Source: Actinomycetota bacterium | Lineage (GTDB): Bacteria; Actinomycetota; UBA4738; HRBIN12 | Length of the DNA stretch: 64,000 nt | Assembly (NCBI GenBank): GCA_046330185.1 | Contig: JAXLTF010000018.1 | Coordinates: 4,185 to 68,184 of the forward strand | Direction of reading: 5' to 3' | Shown here: in pieces, positions 56,843-64,000 of the stretch | Layout: every line of letters begins with the position of its first letter | Numbering within the stretch: the stretch's first letter is position 1 | The notes under the pieces: model-generated | What the model was told of the DNA's origin: nothing | Databases searched by the model: none | What the model saw: the letters and a program-made list of their open reading frames with translations, nothing else | Translations under genes and position numbers: made by a program

Positions 56843-57451
56843 TCAGCCCTCGTCCTCGCCCAGCTTGTAGCGGACGAAGCGCCGGACCGCAACCTTCTCC
56901 CCCACCTTGGCCGAGACCTCGTCCAGGAGCTGCTGGATCGACTTCGCGTCGTCCTTGACGTAGGGCTGGTCGAGCAGCGCGACGTCCGCGTAGAAGGACT
57001 CCAGCTTGTTCTCGACGATCATCGGGATCTTGTCCTCGGGCTTGCCCTGCTCGCGCATCTGCGCCTCGTACACGCGGCGCTCCGCGTCGATCACATCGGT
57101 CGGTACCTGATCCCGGCTCAGGTAGCGGGGCGCCGAGGGGCTCGCGATGTGCAGCGCGATGTCCTTCACCAGCTGCTTGAACTCCTCGGTGTTCGCCACG
57201 AAGTCCGTCTCGCTGTTGACCTCGACGAGCACTCCGACCGTGTTGTTGAAGTGGATGTAGGCGTCGATCCGGCCCTGGTCGGCCGCCCGCGAGGCGCGCT
57301 TCGCCACCTGCGCGAGCCCCTTCTCGCGGAGCAGCTCCACGGCGCGGTCGAAGTCGCCGTCGCCGTCGACGAGCGCCTGCTTGCAGGCCATCATGCCGGC
57401 GCCGGTCGCCTCACGCAGGCGCTTGACGTCCGCCGCGGTGACCTCGGCCAT
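56843..57451 (-). CDS. tsf: Elongation factor Ts (short form, 202 aa)
   Basis: [26 protein letters not shown] and [10 protein letters not shown]. Confidence 0.98.
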   Translation of the reverse strand: MAEVTAADVKRLREATGAGMMACKQALVDGDGDFDRAVELLREKGLAQVAKRASRAADQGRIDAYIHFNNTVGVLVEVNSETDFVANTEEFKQLVKDIALHIASPSAPRYLSRDQVPTDVIDAERRVYEAQMREQGKPEDKIPMIVENKLESFYADVALLDQPYVKDDAKSIQQLLDEVSAKVGEKVAVRRFVRYKLGEDEG

Positions 57452-57453
57452 CG

Positions 57454-58356
57454 TCACCCCTCCTCGGCGGGCGCCGCGGCCGGCGGCGCGGTCTCGAGCT
57501 CGAAGTCCGGTTCGACCTCGGCCGGCGTCGCGGGGGCGTCGGGCTCGAACACGGTGCTCGCCGCGATCTCGGCGGCCACCTCGTGCGTCTCGACATCCTC
57601 GGTCACCTCGGAGGCGACGGCGGCGGCCACGGGCTCGGCCGGCTGCGCCGCCTGGGCCAGCATGTCGTCCTTCGCCAGGCCCCGCCCCTCGGCCAGCGCG
57701 TCGGCGATCACGCGGGTCACCAGGGTGACGGCCCGGATCGCGTCGTCGTTGCCCGGGATCGGGTAGTCGACCTCGTCGGGGTCGCAGTTCGTGTCGATGA
57801 TCGCGATCACCGGGATGCCCAACTTGCGGGCCTCCGTGACGGCGATGTGCTCCTTCTTCGTGTCGACGATGAAGACCGCGTCGGGCACGCGCTGCAGATC
57901 CTGGATCCCCCCGAGGTTGCGCTCGAGCTTCTCTCGCTCGTGGCGCAGGCGGATCGCCTCCTTCTTCGGGAGGAAGTCCATCGCGCCGCTGCGCTCCATC
58001 TCGCGTAGCTCGCGCAGCCGGCCGAGGCGCTTGGCGATCGTGGCGAAGTTCGTGAGCATGCCGCCCAGCCAGCGGTTGTTCACGAACGGCATGCCCACGC
58101 GGCCCGCCTGCTCGGCGACGACCTCCTGGGCCTGTTTCTTCGTTCCGACGAACTCGACGATGCCGCCCCTGCGGGCGAGGTCGCGCGCGAACGCGTACGC
58201 ACCCTCGAGGCCCTCCAGGGACTTCTCGAGGTCGATGATGTAGATCCCGGAACGCTCCCCGAAGAGGTACCGGGCCATCTTCGGGTTCCACCGACGGGTC
58301 TGGTGGCCGAAGTGAACGCCCGCCTCGAGGAGCTCCCGCCTGGTCACGACAGGCAC
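57454..58356 (-). CDS. rpsB: 30S ribosomal protein S2
   Basis: [29 protein letters not shown] and PGNDDAIRA. Confidence 0.99.
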   Translation of the reverse strand: MPVVTRRELLEAGVHFGHQTRRWNPKMARYLFGERSGIYIIDLEKSLEGLEGAYAFARDLARRGGIVEFVGTKKQAQEVVAEQAGRVGMPFVNNRWLGGMLTNFATIAKRLGRLRELREMERSGAMDFLPKKEAIRLRHEREKLERNLGGIQDLQRVPDAVFIVDTKKEHIAVTEARKLGIPVIAIIDTNCDPDEVDYPIPGNDDAIRAVTLVTRVIADALAEGRGLAKDDMLAQAAQPAEPVAAAVASEVTEDVETHEVAAEIAASTVFEPDAPATPAEVEPDFELETAPPAAAPAEEG

Positions 58357-58474
58357 GGGCGCTTCTCCTTCGCTCGGTTGTCTCCTCCGCGGAGATCCTC
58401 CCGCCGCCGGCCCGTTCCGGGACCCCGGCGATGCGGTCCCCCCGCGTGCGTGCTCGGCGCCAAGCGGCGCCGGC
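58357..58474 (-). promoter_or_regulatory. Structured rpsB 5' leader (probable S2 autoregulatory element)
   Basis: -10 TAGACT at 58481-58486; leader has GC stems (GGGGACC/GGTCCC) and GCGGAGGAGACAACC near the RBS. Confidence 0.5.
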
Positions 58475-58531
58475 CCGGCGAGTCTACCAGCGACCCTTCG
58501 GGCCACCGGACGGTCCGCCTCGGGCCCCGTC

Positions 58532-59473
58532 CTACCGGCGGCCCGCGCGCTCCCGCGGAGTCGGCTCCGGCACCTCGTCGGCCACGGACAGGTAGCGGAA
58601 CGCGAACGCCGCGAGCATCGCCGCATGGAGCAGGTTCACGACCAGGACCAGCGCCCAGGCCCCGGCCGAGGGGTTGACGCCGATGGCGTTGCCCGGCTTG
58701 CCGGGGGCCACGATGATCGCGATCGAGGGGATCACGTACAGGGCGGCCATCCCCAGGTTGCCGACGCCCGGCATCCGGGCGGCCCGCATGGATCGTGTCA
58801 GGCACTCCGGCAGGCTCCGGCGCTCGGCGACGGCGATCACCGGCGCGAACACGAACAGGTACACGCCCAGCACGAGCCCGCCCACCTGGATCAGGATCCC
58901 GAAGCCCGGGCCCAGGAGCGGGGCGAAGAAGCTCGACAGCGTGAGGAACGCGACGCCCAGCACGCTGGTCGCGATGGAGGTGGGGAGCGCGCGCAGCCCC
59001 TCCCGGAGGGCGGCGGCGGTGAGCCGGCCCGTGTCGAGCGCCTCGACTACCCCGGCGGTGAGCAGCGCGATCACGACGCCGCGGAACAGGACGAACGCCG
59101 TGATGCCGACGATGCCGCCGGAGAGCCCGAAGATGCTGGTGGCGAGCGTCGCGTCGAAGCTGGTGCCCAGGGGCGGCAGGGCGAGCGCGCTCACGAGCGA
59201 GGCGAACGGGCCCTGGTAGCCGAGCGCGACCAGCACCATCCAGAGCACGAGGAGCACGAGGAAGATCCCGATCACGAACGCGGGGATCCCGACGATCGTC
59301 GCGCAGCCGCGGGCGACCGACGTGCGGATCTTCGGCATCGCGCTGTCGGTCGTGGCCCGGGGCGCCAGGATCTGGTCCAGGAACCCGCGACGGCGTTGCG
59401 GCTCCGCCGGCGGCGGCGCGGGTCGGGCGTCGCGGAACCCTCCGCTCGGAGGCTTCTTCCGCCGCTTCGTCAT
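58532..59473 (-). CDS. Hypothetical multi-pass membrane protein
   Basis: Basic N-terminus and about 6 hydrophobic segments; ATGA overlap with the upstream gene. Confidence 0.85.
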   Translation of the reverse strand: MTKRRKKPPSGGFRDARPAPPPAEPQRRRGFLDQILAPRATTDSAMPKIRTSVARGCATIVGIPAFVIGIFLVLLVLWMVLVALGYQGPFASLVSALALPPLGTSFDATLATSIFGLSGGIVGITAFVLFRGVVIALLTAGVVEALDTGRLTAAALREGLRALPTSIATSVLGVAFLTLSSFFAPLLGPGFGILIQVGGLVLGVYLFVFAPVIAVAERRSLPECLTRSMRAARMPGVGNLGMAALYVIPSIAIIVAPGKPGNAIGVNPSAGAWALVLVVNLLHAAMLAAFAFRYLSVADEVPEPTPRERAGRR

Positions 59474-60947
59474 GCGTCCTCACCGCCCTCGGAGGACGCG
59501 CCGACCGCGTCGGGATCCGGGTCGTCCTCCAAGAAGGCGGGGCCCATGCGTCCCCGGAGCCAGCGTCCCACCAGGACCAGAGCCAGGGCCAGGGGGACGG
59601 CGGCGGCCAGGTAGTTCAAGAGCAGGGCCGAGGGATCCGGCTCCGTGGGGCTGACGATCGAGACGAGCCGCCCGTCGGGATCGTGCTCGAACGCCACCAT
59701 GCCCGCGTGCCGGCCGCCGGTCACGCCGACGAGCAGATCCCCGGCCGGCGTCGGGTTGCGCAGCACCGCTCCTGGCTGCCCGCGCCGCCAGACGAGCCGT
59801 CCGTCGTCGAGCCCGATCGCCGCCAGGTCGCCTCCGACGGTCGCGACCAGGACGTGATCGCCCACCACGATCGCCGAGCTGCGCACGACGAGCTCGTTGA
59901 GCGCGAAGTCCCAGATCCGCGCGCCGGTGGCGCGGTCGATCCTGTACACCTGCCCCGCCGCGTCCACGACGACGACCGAATCCCCGGCAACGACCGGTAT
60001 CCCCACGAACGCCAGCCCGTTCACGCGCGCACCCCATCGTTCCGAGCCGTCCTCCAGATCGAAGGCCCGGACGGTCTGATCCGAGAACCCCGCGAAGAGC
60101 ACGCCGTCGGCGACGGACGGGGCCGAGCCGAAGACGGCCGAGCCCGCCACCTCGTGGCGCCACTCCACATCGCCCGTGGCGGAATCGAGGGCGACCAGCC
60201 TGGCCCGGGTCGTGCGGTTGCCCTCGACGGTCGCCACGACCTTCCCGTCCGCCACGGCGAGCGGGGCGGTCACCGGGCCGCCGGCGGCCTCGCTCCACGT
60301 CACCTCGCCGGTCGCGACGTCCACCGCGTACACGGTCCCGGTCCGGCCGGCCACGAACGCGGTGCCGTCGTGCACCGTCACACCCGTCCGGCTGACGGCG
60401 TCCAGCGCGACCGGTGCCTCCCACGCCGGGTCCCGCGTGTCCGCGTCGATCGCAACCAGGAACGAGGGGGGCGGCTCCCGGTCGTCTCCCGACGGCGAGG
60501 GCGAGTCGCTCGGCGTGGGGCTCGGCGTCGGCGGCCCCGTACCGAACCCCTCCGTGTACAGGATCAGCGTCCGGCCCCGCGCGTCGGCGGCCGCCGGGGC
60601 GATCGAGGGCCCGAATCGACGATCGACGCTCCAGGACACGGACCCGTCGGCGAGCGACACGCCCACCACCGCCCGCGGACCGACGGCCACGACGTGATCC
60701 CCGACCACGATCGGGGCGGACAGGCCGTACTGGCCCCCCGGGCCCGAGGTCGGCTGCTCGGCTCGCCACGCCGGCGCGTACGCCGGCGTGGGTCCCTCCG
60801 CGACCGCGCCCGTGTGCGCGGCGGAACCCTGCGTCTGGGACCAGCCGATGGCCGTCTGCGCGACGGCGGCGGGTGCGGCGGCGAGGATCGCCGCCGCACC
60901 GATGAGCGGGGCCCACCGGATTGCCCGGGGCGCGGCGCGCCCGGCAC
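59470..60947 (-). CDS. Secreted, C-terminally anchored PQQ-repeat beta-propeller protein; likely 1-nt deletion at 60927-60930
   Basis: Repeated 'YAVDVATGEVTW', 'ALDSATGDVEW', 'AFDLEDGSERW' units. The frame is open to a signal peptide and WSQTQGSAAHTG with no in-frame start; one extra C joins it to the GTG at 60947. Confidence 0.85.
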
Positions 60948-61072
60948 GGAGCGTCCCGGATGGTCGGAGGCGGCCAAGGCCGCGTCATCCTAGCGGCCAC
61001 GTCGAGGGGGTTGGCGAGCGAGGCTCACTCATGGATGGGAGGGGTCGAGGACGGCAGGGAGGGTCGGCGGGA

Positions 61073-61723
61073 TCAGGCTGGTAGGGGCCGACCGCGGTGC
61101 GGCGACGGACGGGTGGCGTGGACGAGCGGCCCGGGACCGCCGATCGCGATCGGCACCGCGGTCCCCGGGCCGGGCCCCAGCACCACGTACCGCGATCCCG
61201 GGGCGGGGGGCGACCCCTCGACCGGGTCGCCGATCGGGGCGAGCCACAACATCCCCACCAGGCTGAGCGGGCCCAGGTAGTCCAGCGGGTCGACGTACGC
61301 GCCGCCCAGGCGCACCCCGAAGTGCAGGTGCGCAGTCGTGGCCCCCGGGTGCCCGGACCCGGTGAGCCCGATGGGCTGGCCCGCGACGACGATGTCGTCG
61401 CGGGCCACGAGCAGCGCGGACAGGTACGAGCTGGTCGAGACGAGCCCGGCCCCGTGGTCGACGGAGACGAAGAGCTGGCCGGCTACGCGGCCGGCGAACG
61501 TCACCACCCCCGGCGCCGGGGCCACGGCAACCGTCCCCGGCGACGTCGCGACATCGATCCCTCGATGGCCGGCGCCGTACGGCGAGGCGGGCGGGTCGTA
61601 CGGCCGCACGATCGGGCCGCGTACCGGCCACGCCCAGGTCCCCGCGGCGACCGCGGGACCGGCGGCGGCGATGGGTCCCGCGCACAGACCCACGAGCAGC
61701 GCCATCGCGATCGTCCATCGCAT
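61073..61723 (-). CDS. Secreted M23-family peptidase
   Basis: Signal peptide, WAWPV, GHRGIDV, HLHFGVR and YVDPLDYL. Confidence 0.92.
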   Translation of the reverse strand: MRWTIAMALLVGLCAGPIAAAGPAVAAGTWAWPVRGPIVRPYDPPASPYGAGHRGIDVATSPGTVAVAPAPGVVTFAGRVAGQLFVSVDHGAGLVSTSSYLSALLVARDDIVVAGQPIGLTGSGHPGATTAHLHFGVRLGGAYVDPLDYLGPLSLVGMLWLAPIGDPVEGSPPAPGSRYVVLGPGPGTAVPIAIGGPGPLVHATRPSPHRGRPLPA

Positions 61724-61794
61724 GATGCGAACGCTAGGACGCGACGCGCCCGATGGCAGTGACGCGGCTCACGCCGCGGGGAGATACCCCCGGT

Positions 61795-62637
61795 TCAGTC
61801 GACCTCGCTGAGCTGTCCGCGCAGCCCGGCGACGGCCTTGGTGTGGATCTGGCACACCCGGGACTCCGTGACGCCCAGGATGTCGCCGATCTCCGCGAGG
61901 GTGAGCCCCTCGAAGTAGTACAGCGTGACCACGATCTTCTCGCGCTCGGACAAGGAGTTGATCGCGGCCGCCAACAGGCCCCGTGTTTCCTGGCTCTCGA
62001 CGCCATGGGTCGGGTCGAGGCCCCGGTCGGCCAGCGTGTCGATCAGCGAGACCTGATCGCCGCGGTCGCTCCCCACCGACACGAGCTCGTCCAGCGCCAG
62101 CACCGAGACGAACGAGATCTGGCTGACCACCTCGTGCAGCTCGGCGCGCGAGATGCCCAGGCGCTCGGCGAGCTCGGTCTCCGTCGGAGCGCGCTTGAGC
62201 ATCGACTCCAGGTCCGCGTGGGCCTTCTCGATCTCGCGGGCCTTGAACCGGACCGAGCGGGGCACCCAGTCCATCGCGCGGAGCTCGTCGATGATCGCGC
62301 CCTTGATCCGCGGGATCGCGTACGTCTCGAACTTGTTGCCGCGGCCGGGCTCGAACTTCTGCAGCGCGTCGATCAGGCCGAACATCCCGTAGCTCACCAG
62401 GTCCGCCTGCTCGACGCTCGCCGGCAGGCCGGTCGCGACGCGCGACGCCACGTACTTCACGAGCGGCGCGTAGTGGAGGATCAGCCGCTCGCGCGCCTCC
62501 TCGGATCCGCTGCCCTTGAACCCGTCCCACAGGCGCCCGAGCTCGTCGTCGACCGCGGGCGGGATCGTGACGGTCGAGGTCGGGGCCTTCGCCTTAGGGG
62601 CGGGTTTGCGGGCCGGCGCCTTCGTCGCTCTCGGCAT
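61795..62637 (-). CDS. whiG: FliA/WhiG-family (sigma-28) RNA polymerase sigma factor
   Basis: RLILHYAPLVKYVA, KFETYAIPRIKGAIIDELRAMDWVPRSVR and LGVTESRVCQIHTKAV. Confidence 0.93.
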   Translation of the reverse strand: MPRATKAPARKPAPKAKAPTSTVTIPPAVDDELGRLWDGFKGSGSEEARERLILHYAPLVKYVASRVATGLPASVEQADLVSYGMFGLIDALQKFEPGRGNKFETYAIPRIKGAIIDELRAMDWVPRSVRFKAREIEKAHADLESMLKRAPTETELAERLGISRAELHEVVSQISFVSVLALDELVSVGSDRGDQVSLIDTLADRGLDPTHGVESQETRGLLAAAINSLSEREKIVVTLYYFEGLTLAEIGDILGVTESRVCQIHTKAVAGLRGQLSEVD

Positions 62638-62639
62638 CC

Positions 62640-63602
62640 TCAGGCCCTCGGGTGGCTCCGCTCGTACGCCGCGAACGAACGCCCGCGGGACACGTGCGTG
62701 TACCGCTGCGTGGTGGCCACGCTGGCGTGGCCCAGGAGTTCCTGTACCGCTCGGATGTCGGCGCCTCCCTCCAGGAGATGGGTCGCGAACGAGTGCCGCA
62801 AGGTGTGCGGTGTGACCCGACGGCCGGGCAGCAAACGCTCCGCGTATTGTTCCACCATCGCCCTGATGTCGCGCCCTGATAAGGGCTTCCCCTTGCGATT
62901 GAAGAAGAACGTTCGATGGTCGTCCCCCGCCATCATCGGCCGGCCGGCGGACAGATAGGCGCAGACCGCGTCCACGGCGAAGTCCGAGAGCGGGAGGTCA
63001 CGCTCCTTGTCGCCCTTGCCGAGCACGTTCACGCGGCCGCGATCGAGGTCCACGCGGTCGAGCGTCAGCCCGGCGACCTCGCTCACGCGCAGGCCCGACC
63101 CGTACAAGAGCTCCAGGACCGCCCGGTCCCTCAGGCGGACGGCCCGCTCGACCGGATCCCCGTCGGTCGGCGCCGCCTCGGCGCCGGGCGCATGTCTTCC
63201 CGGGTCGCCGGGCGCCTCGGCCAGCGCCGCCGCCTCGGCCGGCCGCAGCACCGTCGGGAGCCGGTTGACCACCTTCGGCGAGCCGAGGACGGCGGCGGGA
63301 TCACCCGGCAGGCGGTCCGTGGCCACGCCCCACCGGTAGAAGGTCCGGATCGCGCCCACCCGCCGCGCGATCGAGGCACGCGCGTAGCCGAGGGTGTGCT
63401 GCTGAGCGAGGAACCGGCGCAGGAGCGGGTAGCTCGCCGACGCCAGCGATCCCCCGCCGCGCTCGAGGAACACCGCCAGCTGGGTGACGTCGCGCCGGTA
63501 CGCGACCACGGTGTGATCCGAGAGCCGGCGCTCGTGCGCCAGGTGGGCGGCGAACGCGTCGATCAGACGCGCGTCCGTCGGGGCAAGCTCCGGGGTGGCC
63601 AC
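62640..63602 (-). CDS. xerC: Tyrosine recombinase XerC-like
   Basis: RDRAVLELLYGSGLRVSE, GKGDKER, PHTLRHSFATHLL and VQELLGHASVATTQRYTHV. Confidence 0.93.
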   Translation of the reverse strand: MATPELAPTDARLIDAFAAHLAHERRLSDHTVVAYRRDVTQLAVFLERGGGSLASASYPLLRRFLAQQHTLGYARASIARRVGAIRTFYRWGVATDRLPGDPAAVLGSPKVVNRLPTVLRPAEAAALAEAPGDPGRHAPGAEAAPTDGDPVERAVRLRDRAVLELLYGSGLRVSEVAGLTLDRVDLDRGRVNVLGKGDKERDLPLSDFAVDAVCAYLSAGRPMMAGDDHRTFFFNRKGKPLSGRDIRAMVEQYAERLLPGRRVTPHTLRHSFATHLLEGGADIRAVQELLGHASVATTQRYTHVSRGRSFAAYERSHPRA

Positions 63603-63693
63603 GGGATCCTCTCGCTCGGTGGGGCCGAGGGGTCCCTTCGTACCAGCGCGGATGGGCGGGTGCAAGCGTGCGCGGCGGTCCTGGCGCCCGGGC

Positions 63694-64000
63694 TCAGCTC
63701 CCGATCGTCCGTTCGTAGCGGCCACCGACGCTACGGACGAGCCCGCGGAGCTCGAGGCCGATCAGCAGCGCGACCGCGTCGGGGATCGAACGCCCCAGCT
63801 GGCGAGCCACGATGTCCGGGAGGGCGCCATCGCCGAGCGCGTCCCAGGCCCGTCGTTCGTCGGGGCTCAGACCGGGCGGCGGCCGCGAGGAGACCCGGTC
63901 GGCCGCCGGGACGCGGATGCCCAGGTCCTCCAGCAGGTCGTCGGCCCCGCGGATCATCGTGGCGCCGTCGCGGATCATCGCGAGCGGCACCTCGGCGAGC
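63694..64000 (-). CDS. dprA: DNA-processing protein DprA, 3' end (partial)
   Basis: PLAMIRDGATMIRGADDLLEDLG plus C-terminal winged helix (LIGLELRGLV); upstream of xerC. Confidence 0.85.
   Translation of the reverse strand, partial: LAEVPLAMIRDGATMIRGADDLLEDLGIRVPAADRVSSRPPPGLSPDERRAWDALGDGALPDIVARQLGRSIPDAVALLIGLELRGLVRSVGGRYERTIGS

Noticed and set aside
62640-64000. xerC as a prophage or island integrase
   Set aside because: It occupies the housekeeping dprA-xerC position; no att repeats, tRNA or cargo genes are adjacent.

Overview
High-GC bacterial chromosome segment. Gene content and signals (SOS boxes TCGAAC-N4-GTTCGA, NrdR boxes, WhiG/FliA sigma factor, many leaderless-type promoters) point to an actinobacterium, probably a deep-branching one (inference). 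Most of the window is a minus-strand housekeeping array: dprA-xerC-whiG/fliA-M23-rpsB-tsf-pyrH-frr-cdsA-dxr-rseP-ispG ... proS-rimP-nusA-ylxR-infB-DUF503-rbfA-nrnA-truB-ribF-rpsO-pnp-M16-dapB-dapA-rnj-ftsK-rodZ-cinA-thpR-recA-recX-rny-miaB-miaA-dapF/E/C/D-hflX-lexA-LysM-nrdR-nrdJ. I saw no rRNA, tRNA, CRISPR array or IS element. The main non-routine items are: (1) a four-gene plus-strand cassette between ribF and truB encoding an orphan OpuAC-type binding lipoprotein, a degenerate-PAP2/kinase membrane fusion, a Cys-rich lipoprotein and an intact PAP2 phosphatase, which is a candidate undescribed membrane signalling or lipid-phosphorylation system; (2) an unannotated Trp leader peptide and attenuator before trpEG; (3) an intein at the redox-Cys site of NrdJ; (4) a dual recA promoter (LexA box plus PafBC/RecA-NDp-like motif) and a palindromic 13-mer shared by the recA and nrdJ promoters; (5) RNase J with no canonical start codon; (6) CdsA with a roughly 265-aa acidic N-terminal extension. 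About ten small indels, several in homopolymer runs, break hflX, rny, ribF, nusA, nrnA, a lipoprotein and a PQQ-repeat gene. These most likely reflect unpolished long-read consensus, which is a caveat for every single-base claim below.
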